Positions 10,009-19,686 of a DNA stretch of 38,817 bases are shown here, one piece after another; positions within the stretch are counted from its first letter, which is position 1; each line of letters opens with the position of its first letter. A program made the translations under genes and the position numbers. The stretch comes from Deltaproteobacteria bacterium. Its GTDB lineage: Bacteria > Myxococcota_A > UBA9160 > SMWR01. The DNA lies in NCBI GenBank assembly GCA_032128375.1, contig JAQBGU010000173.1, positions 1 through 38,817 of the forward strand. Direction: 5' to 3'. The notes under the pieces were generated by a model that saw only the letters and a list, made by a program, of their open reading frames with translations, did not search any database and had not been told where the DNA came from.

Positions 10009-13000
10009 CTACCAGGTATCAATGCACGGCCGCTTCTTGCCTTCGCGGCGCGGGACCGGCGGCACCGAGAGGAGCATCTTTGCGATCCAGTGACGCGAGT
10101 CCATCGGGTCGATGACATCGTCGATCTCGAACACCGAAGCCACATTCACGGCCTTTCCGTGCTCGTACATCCTCGCGACCATGCGTTCGTACAACTCGCG
10201 GCGTTCTTCCGGGTCGGAAATCGCAGCCAGTTCGTTGCGATAACCGAGCTTCACTGCACCCTCGAGCCCCATCCCACCAAATTCACCGGTCGGCCACGAG
10301 ACGGTGAATAGTGGCGCTTTGAAACTTCCGCCGGCCATGGCCTGGGCGCCCAGACCGTACGATTTTCGCAAAATGATCGTGACGATCGGAACGCTGACGC
10401 TCGATCCCGTCACGAACATTCGGGCCGCGTGCCGAACCAGCGCTGTCTTCTCGACTTCCGGGCCAACCATGATGCCCGGCGTATCGCAGAGGAACAGCAG
10501 CGGAAGATCGAACGCGTCACAAAGCTGCATGAAGCGCGCCGCCTTGTCGGCGCCATCGCTGTCGATTGCACCCGCCAGATGCGTCGGGTTGTTCGCAACC
10601 ACGCCGACGGGTCGCCCCTCGATTCGGACCAGCGCGGTGAGCATGCCCAGGCCGAAATCGCGGCGCAGCTCGAGCACACTGTCGGTGTCCGCCAGCGTCT
10701 CGACGATTTGTCGCACGTCGTAGATCCGCAAGCGGTTTTCCGGAATGATGCTCCGGAGCAAACGCTGATCCGCACACTGCCAGCCGCCCAATTTGCCCTG
10801 GAAGTACGACAGGTACTTCTTGGCCGCGGAAACCGCCTCGGCCTCGTCAGCGACTGCGATATCAACGACTCCGTTGGCGCGCTGAACGTCGAGAGGGCCG
10901 ACCTCCTCGGGGCGAAAAATGCCGAGCCCGCCACCTTCGATCATCGCGGGTCCGCCCATACCGATGTTGGAGCCCTCGGTGGCGATGACGACGTCGCAAC
11001 AGCCCAGCAGGGCGGCGTTCCCTGCGAAACAGCGGCCGGAATTGATTCCGACCAGCGGCACCAGACCGCTGAGGCGCCCGAAGTAGTGAAACGCCAGGCA
11101 GTCGAGCCCGATTCCGCCCAGCCCATCGGTATCGCCGGGGCGCCCGCCACCGCCTTCGGTAAAGAACACCAACGGTAGCCGGTACTTCTCGGCGATCTCG
11201 AACAAGCGGTCCTTCTTTCGGTGGTTCTGCGCGCCCTGGGTTCCAGCGAGCACCGTGTAATCGTAGGAAACGACCACGCAGCGCGCGTCGGTATCGTCAA
11301 ACAGCTTCCCGTTCACGCCGCCGATGCCGGCAATCATGCCGTCGGCGGGTGTGCGCTCGATCAGATGTTGGATGCTATGCCGGCGCCGCTGTGCAGCGAT
11401 CACCAGCGGGCCGTATTCGACGAAACTGTCCGGGTCGCAGAGGTCCGCAACGTTCTCACGCGTGGTGCGCTGTCCGGTCTTTCGGCGCCTCGCGACGGCT
11501 TCGGGGCGAGAGATGTCGAGTCCGATCGCGTGCCGCGCGTGGACCTCCGCGAGGTCCGGACGAATCCGATCGAGATCGACCGGTCCAGTTTGCTCGACGA
11601 CCGCGATTCCGACGTCGGATTCTTCGATAAACACGAGTTCGTGTCCTTCGAAAACCGCGTCTCCCGCTGCGACGGCCACACGTCGAACGATTCCGCTCAC
11701 TTCAGCGGCAAGCACGTGTTCCATCTTCATCGCCTCCATGACGAACAGCGTCTGCCCCGAATGAACGGGGTCGCCTTCTCTGACATCGACACTGATGATC
11801 GTGCCCTGCAGCGGCGCTCGCTGCGCGGTGAGGCCTGCTGACTCGCGTTCGGACCGATGCGCCCGATCCCCTCCCGCCGATGCGGACTTTCCGTGTCTGA
11901 GCACGGCGAGCGGATCACTCGTGTCGATCTGGGCGCCTGCCAATCCCGAGGCGGTGGGACTCCCCGCAGGGTTCACGTTTGCGTCGGGCGACGCGTCGAC
12001 CGTTTCGAAGAACAGCCGCTGGTGGTCGGCCGCGGCGAGTTCGGCCGCGTGGTCTTCGACAAAGCCCGTGTAAACCCGATTCGAAAGAAAATCGGGGTGC
12101 TGCAAAATGCTTTGTAGCACCCCGATATTTGTTGCCACGCCTTCGATCTTGAATTCGCACAGTGCGCGATACGTCCTGTGGACGGCGTCGGCGAAATCCG
12201 CCGTCGTCGCGTGACCGATCAGCTTCGCGAGCAGCGAATCGTATCTCGAGCTCACCGTGTACCCCTGATAGCCGAACGTGTCGGTTCGCAGGCCGGGGCC
12301 AGATGGCACGTCGAACCTTCGCAGCGTACCACTGGCCGGTTTGGTCGAGCCGTCGGGGGAGAGCGTCTCCATGTTGATTCGCACCTGGATCGCGTGGCCG
12401 CGCGCTGCGGGGATATCGGCCTGCTGCAAGTGAAGGTCTCGAAGCGTCTTGCCATCGGCCAGCTGCAACTGAAGCCGCACCAGGTCGATACCGGTCACCT
12501 GCTCGGTGACCGTATGCTCGACCTGCAGGCGCGGATTGGCCTCGATGAACCAGAATTCCGACCCGCTGTCCGCGTCCACGAGAAACTCGAAAGTTCCAAG
12601 ACTCTGGTAGCGAGCGCGCTTCGCGAGACGCACTGCAGCCTCGATCATTTTGTTGCGGAGTTCCGTCGACAGCCCCGGACTGGGTGCAATTTCGATCAGC
12701 TTTTGATTGCGCCGCTGCAGCGTGCATTCGCGCTCTCCGAAGTGAGCGACGTCACCTGTCGCATCGCCGGCGATCTGCACCTCGATGTGGCGCGCGCGTT
12801 CGAGACATTGCTCGACATACACATTGTCGTTTCCGAAAGCGCCGAGTGCTTCGGATTGACAGCGCTCGAACGCCGCCTCGAGACCATCGGGATCGCGGAC
12901 GACCCGCATACCCCGGCCGCCGCCGCCGCCGATCGCCTTGATCATCACGGGGCTATCCGCGCCGAGATCCGTCATGAACCCGCGTGCCTCGGACAAGGCA

Positions 13001-13413
13001 GTAGAACCGGTCGTTCCGCGCAGTACGGGCACATCGCATTCGACGGCCAGCGCTCGGGCGCGAACCTTGTCGCCGAAGAGTGCGAGGCTGAGAGAGTCGG
13101 GGCCGACGAAACGAATCCCCGAATCGGCGCAAAGCGACGCGAATGCCGGATTTTCCGCGAGGAACCCGTAGCCCGGGTGAATCGCGTCACATTCAGCGCG
13201 GCGAGCGACTTCCAGAATCTGCTCAGCGTCCAGGTACGCGCGCGGGCCGACCCCCCTGAGCGGGAGGGCAACATCGACTTTTTGGGTGTGGAGCGACGCG
13301 GCGTCGTCTTCAGAGAATATCGTCGCGGTTGCGATACCGAGTTCCGACGCAGCACGAGAGACCCGGATCGCGATCTCTCCGCGGTTCGCCACCAACAGAT
13401 TCTTCATTTTCAT
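10009..13413 (-). CDS. Single-chain biotin-dependent acyl-CoA carboxylase (BC-BCCP-CT; LCC type)
   Basis: BC domain: LLVANRGEIA, HPGYGFLAEN, GGGGRGMR, QRRNQK, NPRLQVEH. Biotinylation motif EAMKME. CT domain: YDYTVLAGTQG, EGGGGRPGD, DTPGIMVG. Start could be at 13446, 13413 or 13407. Confidence 0.93.
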   Translation of the reverse strand: MKMKNLLVANRGEIAIRVSRAASELGIATATIFSEDDAASLHTQKVDVALPLRGVGPRAYLDAEQILEVARRAECDAIHPGYGFLAENPAFASLCADSGIRFVGPDSLSLALFGDKVRARALAVECDVPVLRGTTGSTALSEARGFMTDLGADSPVMIKAIGGGGGRGMRVVRDPDGLEAAFERCQSEALGAFGNDNVYVEQCLERARHIEVQIAGDATGDVAHFGERECTLQRRNQKLIEIAPSPGLSTELRNKMIEAAVRLAKRARYQSLGTFEFLVDADSGSEFWFIEANPRLQVEHTVTEQVTGIDLVRLQLQLADGKTLRDLHLQQADIPAARGHAIQVRINMETLSPDGSTKPASGTLRRFDVPSGPGLRTDTFGYQGYTVSSRYDSLLAKLIGHATTADFADAVHRTYRALCEFKIEGVATNIGVLQSILQHPDFLSNRVYTGFVEDHAAELAAADHQRLFFETVDASPDANVNPAGSPTASGLAGAQIDTSDPLAVLRHGKSASAGGDRAHRSERESAGLTAQRAPLQGTIISVDVREGDPVHSGQTLFVMEAMKMEHVLAAEVSGIVRRVAVAAGDAVFEGHELVFIEESDVGIAVVEQTGPVDLDRIRPDLAEVHARHAIGLDISRPEAVARRRKTGQRTTRENVADLCDPDSFVEYGPLVIAAQRRRHSIQHLIERTPADGMIAGIGGVNGKLFDDTDARCVVVSYDYTVLAGTQGAQNHRKKDRLFEIAEKYRLPLVFFTEGGGGRPGDTDGLGGIGLDCLAFHYFGRLSGLVPLVGINSGRCFAGNAALLGCCDVVIATEGSNIGMGGPAMIEGGGLGIFRPEEVGPLDVQRANGVVDIAVADEAEAVSAAKKYLSYFQGKLGGWQCADQRLLRSIIPENRLRIYDVRQIVETLADTDSVLELRRDFGLGMLTALVRIEGRPVGVVANNPTHLAGAIDSDGADKAARFMQLCDAFDLPLLFLCDTPGIMVGPEVEKTALVRHAARMFVTGSSVSVPIVTIILRKSYGLGAQAMAGGSFKAPLFTVSWPTGEFGGMGLEGAVKLGYRNELAAISDPEERRELYERMVARMYEHGKAVNVASVFEIDDVIDPMDSRHWIAKMLLSVPPVPRREGKKRPCIDTW

Positions 13414-13464
13414 GGCCCCCATTGGCTGCCATGAACTGTATGCCATGCGAACAACCAGTGCGCG

Positions 13465-16400
13465 TCATACCGCGTCAGCGACATCGCGCTCCGGCAGGCC
13501 ATCGCGGTAAACGACGCGCTGGGTCCGAAGCGAGGGGATGCGTGCGCCCGGCGTGATGATCCCGACGAGGTTCAATGGGTCGGCGCCCGACACCTGAACG
13601 GTCTCTCCTTTGCGTTCGAGCCTGCGGGTTTGGCGCAACGCATCGACCGCACCGGGAAGCGCATACTGTTCACCAACAAAGCCGGTAACGAACCGCCCCC
13701 CGCGAATCGTGCCTCTCGCCTCCATACGCCGCAACGTGTACAAGAGCTCGCGCCACGCTAAGGCGATGTTTTCGCGGGTGAGCAGATCGCGGAAGATCAC
13801 ACCCCAGCGCGCGAGCAGTTGTTCACAGACCGCTTCGGCGAGTTCCTCGCGGTCTTCGACCTCGGCCATCGGGGGTAGGAGCGCCCAACGACCTTCCGCG
13901 CCCACGCGCGCGCGGGCGCCACCGCGCAACCCCGCGCGACCTCGACGTCGCGTCGCGCGGCGCGCGTAGCGATCCCGCGCGCCGAGCAGCGCGCGCAGCG
14001 ATTCGAAACCATCGGCGGCGACCAACCCGCGCGAGACGAGATCCCACAGCCCCTGCTCGACTTCCAGCGGCAGCCGCCCGGTCAGTTGTGCCAACTCGCC
14101 GTGAAACAGTGCGCCGCGCGTTTCCAGCGCCGACAGCAGATCCCCCGACGCCCCGGCGCCTGGCGGCAGCGGAATGGAATCGCCACGGGCCGCTGCCAGC
14201 AACCAGGGAAGGTCACTGCGGATCGCAAGCGAGATGGGTGTCGCGCGAGATGGGGCCGCGCCGCGTCCGCTCCCAATCGGAGTAGAACCGTCTTCGCTCG
14301 AGGAATCCGCCTCCATGTGGCCGATCAAGCGCGGTGCCAGGCGCGCCCAGACGACCTCTCCCGAAAGACACAACTCGTCGAGCCAGGCCGGCCGGTAGCC
14401 GCCAACGCGTGCTGCGATCACGGATTCTTCCCAGGACCCCGCCGCCAGCTCGAAGCCCTGAAGCTGCTCCACGACCGCCAGCACACCGCGGCGGCCCTCG
14501 CGATGCGTGTTGGGCGCGACGTGCTGCCAGCGCAGCAAGAAGCGCATGAAATCCTGCGCGCTGACCGGTTCGATCTCGCGGCGCAGCCGCTCCTGCGTGA
14601 AGCGATGGATGCGCGCCAGCAGGTTGCGCGCGCAGTACTCCTCGACACCGGCTTCGGCGCGAGAAAGGTCGAATTGCCCGCGCAGCAGGAAACCCTCGGC
14701 CTCGAGTCCGGCAACGGCGATTTTGACCCACGCCGGACCCAGCGCGGTTTCATCGATCAGCTCGCGCAGCGTCCGAGGCCCCGCACACTCGAGGTGCCCG
14801 CGGACGATGGCCGCGGCCACCGCGTCGGGGATCGGCGCAACAAGTTCGGGATGGGTGCTGGAAAGGTCCTGGTCGGGCAGACGAATATCCGGCACCACGC
14901 GGGAATCGCTGAACATCACGTCGATCGCGGATCTGCGCTCCACGGCGAACCAGAGTTCGCCGTTAGCCGTGTGCACGCGCGCCGCGCGCCCCGAGCGAAC
15001 CAAGCTCTCGAAGTCGGCCGCCCATTCCGTGTTGGGCCGATGGGCCACGAACCCGAGCAGCGCGTCGTGCAATTCCTCGGCATCGCGCAGCGACGGTGCA
15101 GCCTCCTCGCGCACCCGCGCGATGGCGTCGGGGTCGAGCCGGCCGAGATCGCGCGCGTGGTCGGGCAAGCCGCGACGCAATGCGACCGCCCGCGTCCTGC
15201 GCTCTTCCAGGGGTGCGTCGTCGAGAAACGTGAACGGCTTGCCGCTCAGAATTTCGTGGGAGCCGGGCGAAGCCTCGGTGCTGTCGACGAAATGAATGCG
15301 AACGGCTTTGGATTCGATCGCGCGCAGCATCGCCGAAAGGCCGTCTGCGTCCATCGCCTCGTTCAGACAATCGTGCAAGGTCTGGCGCACGATCGGTTGA
15401 TCTGGAATCTCGATCGGTCCCGCGAGGTTTTCCTGGCATGCCGCCAGCGACGGAAAAATCGCGGCCATCAAATCATCCGCTTCCATCCGCTGAATCGGAG
15501 GCGGGTTCTTGCGACCATTCCGAAAGCGCAGGATCGCCAGCGAACGCGACAAGTTCCAGCGCCAGCGCGCCTTGAACATCGGGCTGTCGAGCACGGCCTG
15601 CGAGGCTGTCTGTGCAACCGCTTGGCTCGACAACATGTTCGCAAAGTCGGACAGCGGGAAGCTGTGCTGGGGGCCGAGCGAAAGCACCATCGCGTCGTCG
15701 TTGGCGGCCGCTTGCAGCTCGAAGTCGAAGCTGCGACAGATGCGCTTGCGGACGACGAGGCCGAGTGCGCGGTTCAGCCGGCCACCCATGGGTGCGTGCA
15801 TGACGAGTTGCATGCCACCGGTCTCGTCGAAGAAGCGCTCGACCACGAGGTCTTGCTGCGTCGGCGTCACGCCGAGCGAGTCACGGATTGCCGAGATGTA
15901 GCGAACGATCTGCTCGGCACCCGCTTCATCCAGAGCCGCTTCGCGGCGCAACCACGCGCGTGCTCCTTCGGCATCGTCTTTGCCCAGGAACTCATCGATC
16001 GTGGCGCGCAACTCGGAAACTTCTGCCGACAACTCGTCGGTCCGGGCCGGCGCCTCGCCGTTCCAGAACGGGATCGAAGGCGGTGAACCGGGCGCGGCAG
16101 TCACCCGCACGACACCCGGCTCTACGCGCCGGATCCGCCACGCGGTGGAACCGAGCAGAAACACGTTGCCGGGCATGCTCTCGATCGCGAAGTCTTCGTC
16201 GACGGTACCCACGAACGTGTCGTCAGGATCGGCGACCACCCGGTAGTTGGCATTGTCGGGGATGGCGCCGCCGGAAGTCAGCGCGGCCAGCCGAGCGCCG
16301 CGTCTACCGCGCAACACATGGTTGACGCGATCGCGGTGCAGATAGGCGGCACGCCGACCGCGTCCGGTTTCGATTCCGACCGAGAGCAGCTCGACCACCT

Positions 16401-17790
16401 CGTCGAAATCCGTGCGCGACAACTCGGAGAACGGCGCGGCGGCCCGCACCAGCGAGTACAAGTCGTCTTCGAGCCAGTCTTCGGCACCGCAGGCCGCAAC
16501 GATCTGTTGTGCCAGGATGTCGAGCGGCGCGACCGGCGGCAGCAGTCGGTCGAGGTGGCCTTGCGCGACCCCCCGCATCAGCGCCGCGCACTCGACGAGC
16601 TCGTCGCGGGTCGTCGGAAACAATCGACCGCGCGGCGTGCGACCGCGCGAATGTCCCGAGCGACCGACGCGCTGCAAAAACGTCGCAAGCGAGCGCGGGG
16701 ATCCGACCTGACAGACGAGATCGACCGGACCGATGTCGATGCCGAGTTCCAGCGAGGCGGTGGCCAACAACACCTTGAGCTCACCCGCGCGGAGGCTTTG
16801 TTCCGCCTTGAATCGGCGCTCCTTGGAAAGACTGCCGTGATGGGCGGCTACCTTTCCCGTGCCAAACTGCGGGCCCAGACGCTCTTCGAGCCGGTGAGCG
16901 AGCCTCTCGGCCAGCCGGCGCGTGTTGACGAACACCAGCGTCGTTCGAAATGGAGCTGCCAGTTCGGCGATACGATCGAGCATCTCGTCCCACTGCTCGG
17001 TGGATGCGACCGCCTCGATCTCACTGGCCGGTACTTCGATGGCCAGGTCGAGTTCGCGCTGATGGCCGCAATCGACGATCGTACACGGCTTGGTTCGCGA
17101 TCCGGTGTCAGCGTGCTCCACCCCCACGAGCAGGCGCGAAATGATCTCGATGGGTTTCTGGGTGGCGGACAGGCCGATCCGCGCCGGGCGCAACGCGCAA
17201 AGGGCGTCCAGCCGCTCGAGGGTGAGCATCAAATGCGAGCCGCGTTTGTCGCGGGCGACGGCGTGGATCTCGTCGACGATTACAGTGCGTACCCGTCGCA
17301 GGTTTTCGCGACTCTTGTCGGCCGTGACCATCAGGTACAGCGACTCGGGAGTCGTGATCAAGATGTGGGGCGGCTTGCGGACCATCGCGGCGCGCGCGGA
17401 AGCGGTTGTGTCTCCGCTGCGCACTGCGATCCGGATGGCCGGAACGGGTAGCCCGAGTTCATCCGCCACCAGCGCAATCTCACGCAGCGGACTCTCGAGG
17501 TTCTCGCCTATGTCGACAGCGAGCGCCTTGAGGGGCGAGACGTAGACCACCTCGGTAGTCGTCGGAAGTTCGCCGGTCGCCGCACGTTGGTACAGCCGAT
17601 CGATGCAAACCAGAAAGGCGGCGAGCGTCTTGCCCGAACCGGTGGGTGCCGCGATCAGGGTATCTTGCCCGGCTGCGATGGCCGGCCAGCCTTGCTGCTG
17701 GGGTTCAGTAGGTCCGAGTTCGAAGCGACGCTCGAACCAGGTGCGCACGGCCGGGTGGGTCAGGGCTTCGACGTTCATCGGCTCACTCAA
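13465..17790 (-). CDS. lhr: Long-form Lhr SF2 DEAH-box helicase with extended C-terminal region
   Basis: APTGSGKT, YVSPLKALA, LITTPESL, DEIH, GLSAT, SLELGIDIG, QRVGRSGH, PLDILAQQ, and the C-terminal RGGRFVTGFVGEQYA...ADPLN. Start at 17790 (TTG) or 17778 (ATG). Confidence 0.92.
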   Translation of the reverse strand: MSEPMNVEALTHPAVRTWFERRFELGPTEPQQQGWPAIAAGQDTLIAAPTGSGKTLAAFLVCIDRLYQRAATGELPTTTEVVYVSPLKALAVDIGENLESPLREIALVADELGLPVPAIRIAVRSGDTTASARAAMVRKPPHILITTPESLYLMVTADKSRENLRRVRTVIVDEIHAVARDKRGSHLMLTLERLDALCALRPARIGLSATQKPIEIISRLLVGVEHADTGSRTKPCTIVDCGHQRELDLAIEVPASEIEAVASTEQWDEMLDRIAELAAPFRTTLVFVNTRRLAERLAHRLEERLGPQFGTGKVAAHHGSLSKERRFKAEQSLRAGELKVLLATASLELGIDIGPVDLVCQVGSPRSLATFLQRVGRSGHSRGRTPRGRLFPTTRDELVECAALMRGVAQGHLDRLLPPVAPLDILAQQIVAACGAEDWLEDDLYSLVRAAAPFSELSRTDFDEVVELLSVGIETGRGRRAAYLHRDRVNHVLRGRRGARLAALTSGGAIPDNANYRVVADPDDTFVGTVDEDFAIESMPGNVFLLGSTAWRIRRVEPGVVRVTAAPGSPPSIPFWNGEAPARTDELSAEVSELRATIDEFLGKDDAEGARAWLRREAALDEAGAEQIVRYISAIRDSLGVTPTQQDLVVERFFDETGGMQLVMHAPMGGRLNRALGLVVRKRICRSFDFELQAAANDDAMVLSLGPQHSFPLSDFANMLSSQAVAQTASQAVLDSPMFKARWRWNLSRSLAILRFRNGRKNPPPIQRMEADDLMAAIFPSLAACQENLAGPIEIPDQPIVRQTLHDCLNEAMDADGLSAMLRAIESKAVRIHFVDSTEASPGSHEILSGKPFTFLDDAPLEERRTRAVALRRGLPDHARDLGRLDPDAIARVREEAAPSLRDAEELHDALLGFVAHRPNTEWAADFESLVRSGRAARVHTANGELWFAVERRSAIDVMFSDSRVVPDIRLPDQDLSSTHPELVAPIPDAVAAAIVRGHLECAGPRTLRELIDETALGPAWVKIAVAGLEAEGFLLRGQFDLSRAEAGVEEYCARNLLARIHRFTQERLRREIEPVSAQDFMRFLLRWQHVAPNTHREGRRGVLAVVEQLQGFELAAGSWEESVIAARVGGYRPAWLDELCLSGEVVWARLAPRLIGHMEADSSSEDGSTPIGSGRGAAPSRATPISLAIRSDLPWLLAAARGDSIPLPPGAGASGDLLSALETRGALFHGELAQLTGRLPLEVEQGLWDLVSRGLVAADGFESLRALLGARDRYARRATRRRGRAGLRGGARARVGAEGRWALLPPMAEVEDREELAEAVCEQLLARWGVIFRDLLTRENIALAWRELLYTLRRMEARGTIRGGRFVTGFVGEQYALPGAVDALRQTRRLERKGETVQVSGADPLNLVGIITPGARIPSLRTQRVVYRDGLPERDVADAV

Positions 17791-17936
17791 CTGCTGGGGA
17801 GGACGCCTTCTCGCATCTGAAACGCGCCCAGGCTGGGAAGCTAGCGAAGTTCCCCCGAAGTCGAGCCAGCCCTCCTGTCAGCTTTCGACACCAGCGCCGA
17901 GCCGTTCAGCTCCGAATCAGCCGCGCTTGTCTCAGT

Positions 17937-19526
17937 TCACGCCTCGCGTGCTCCGATGGCCGGAACGGGTTCGGGTGCGAGTGGGCCTACGTAGCGGGCG
18001 CTCGGACGGATGATTTTGTTATCTGCGGCCTGCTCGAGAATATGGGCGCACCAACCCACTACCCGACTCGAAGCGAACGTCGGACTGAACATCTCGCGCG
18101 GCAATCCGCACAGATCCATCACCACCCCTGCATAGAACTCCACGTTCGCAAAGATCGTTCGGCCCGGCTTGAGTTCCGCGAGCACCTCGACGATCCGACG
18201 CTCGACCTGCTGTGCGAAATCGACGGTGTCGCCACCGAGTTCAATCGCGAGATCGCGAAGCATCAGTGAGCGGGGATCGTCGGTCCGGTATACCGGATGA
18301 CCGAAGCCCATGATCTTCTCACCGGATGCGACGCGAGGCCGGACCCAAGCTTCCGTGCGGTCGGCTGTGCCTATCGCGTCGAGCGTATCGAGTGCGCGGC
18401 TCGGCGATCCCCCGTGCCAAGGGCCAGAAAGTGCACCGATGGCCGCGACCACACAGGCGCCGACGTTTGCGCCTGTCCCGGTGACAACCCGTGCGGTAAA
18501 TGTCGACGCGTTGAAACCGTGGTCGATGGTCGAGATCATGTAGCACTCGATCGCGCGCGCCCGATCGGACGATGGCCGCTGGCCGTGAAGCATGTAGAGG
18601 TAGTTCTCGGCGGTTCCGAGCTGCGGGTCCGGGTCGACGATCGAGTGTCCACGTCGCAGCCGATACAGCGCTGTCAACAGCGTTGGTGTGACACAGGCAA
18701 GCAACAGCGCGTCATCGCGCCGCTCTTTCGCGTCGATATCGATCACTGGCCTCATGCCGCGTGCCGAGGCCAGCAGGGAAATCGCCGTTCGGAGGCCGTC
18801 GAGCGGTTCCTTGTCGCTGCTCGCTCGAGCGATCGCCGGTAATACCTCGCGAATTTCATCGGGGATGTCGCGCAGCGGGCGAACTTCGCGGCGAAACACC
18901 TCGAGTTCCGCCGCGCTGGGTAGTGAGGCATGCAACAGCAGATACATCACCTCTTCGAAGCTGCACTGCTGCGCGAGTTCGATCGCAGAGTATTGTCGAT
19001 AGTGATAAAAGCCCTCGAGTCCGCGCACGCAACCGATGCTCGTGTGGGCTACGGCCACGCCCTTGAGTCCGGGCGGAACGTCGATGAGCCCTCCCGGCGC
19101 TGGCGTGATCTGCGCGACGGTCATCAGGTCGCGCATGCTCACGACCCCAACCAGGCTTCCCAAAGCGATCACCGGGATGTGGCGATAACCGCGATCCCGC
19201 AACCGGGTCAACGCGTCGCACGCTTCGACGTCCACCTCGAGAGTCTCGACTGGAGAGGTCATGAAATCCTCGACGTAGCCTCGGCCGAGATCCTCGCCCG
19301 TCGCGACGGCGATCAGCAGATCGCGTTCCGTGAGGATTCCAACCGGCTGCGCGCCGTCGATGACGACCAGTGACCCCACCCCTCGTTCGCGCATATGACG
19401 CGCGGCCTCGGCCAGGGTTTCGTCGGGCTTCGCGGTGATGGCCGGGTGGCTCATCAGGTCGCCGACGCTTCTCCGGGAAGCGGTCGGCGGTGCCGGGAGC
19501 TGCTTTGGGAAGTTGAGCTCATCCAT
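17937..19526 (-). CDS. Fusion of a CBS-domain pair and citrate/methylcitrate synthase
   Basis: N-terminal CBS pair (VGDLMS...VGSLVV...GILTERDL; DFMT...YRHIPV...GVVSMRDL), then a CS domain (GLKGV, DHGFNASTF, LSGPWHGG, MGFGHPVY, DPR, NVEFY, IIRP). Confidence 0.9.
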   Translation of the reverse strand: MDELNFPKQLPAPPTASRRSVGDLMSHPAITAKPDETLAEAARHMRERGVGSLVVIDGAQPVGILTERDLLIAVATGEDLGRGYVEDFMTSPVETLEVDVEACDALTRLRDRGYRHIPVIALGSLVGVVSMRDLMTVAQITPAPGGLIDVPPGLKGVAVAHTSIGCVRGLEGFYHYRQYSAIELAQQCSFEEVMYLLLHASLPSAAELEVFRREVRPLRDIPDEIREVLPAIARASSDKEPLDGLRTAISLLASARGMRPVIDIDAKERRDDALLLACVTPTLLTALYRLRRGHSIVDPDPQLGTAENYLYMLHGQRPSSDRARAIECYMISTIDHGFNASTFTARVVTGTGANVGACVVAAIGALSGPWHGGSPSRALDTLDAIGTADRTEAWVRPRVASGEKIMGFGHPVYRTDDPRSLMLRDLAIELGGDTVDFAQQVERRIVEVLAELKPGRTIFANVEFYAGVVMDLCGLPREMFSPTFASSRVVGWCAHILEQAADNKIIRPSARYVGPLAPEPVPAIGAREA

Positions 19527-19609
19527 GGATAGTCCTCTTGCGAGCGGCGCTGGGTTGGGGCCGCTCGGTCATGGGGGAATCCGTAATCTGGTGGCCCGTT
19601 TCATTGTTG

Positions 19610-19660
19610 TCAATATTGATCGAATCAATATTGATTTTGTACACGTGTTGAACTAATCAA
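19610..19660. promoter_or_regulatory. Palindromic operator array in a divergent promoter region
   Basis: TCAATATTGA at 19610-19619 and 19625-19634, together forming a 25-bp inverted repeat. TTGA-N5-TCAA at 19616-19628 and 19648-19660. AT-rich island in a GC-rich window. Confidence 0.75.
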
Positions 19661-19686
19661 TGACACATCTCTAGAGCGGAGATCGA

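Noticed and set aside
12178..13434. 418-aa plus-strand ORF
   Set aside because: Antisense shadow of the biotin carboxylase domain.
14086..16086. 666-aa plus-strand ORF
   Set aside because: Antisense shadow of lhr, typical of GC-rich coding DNA; no recognisable motifs.
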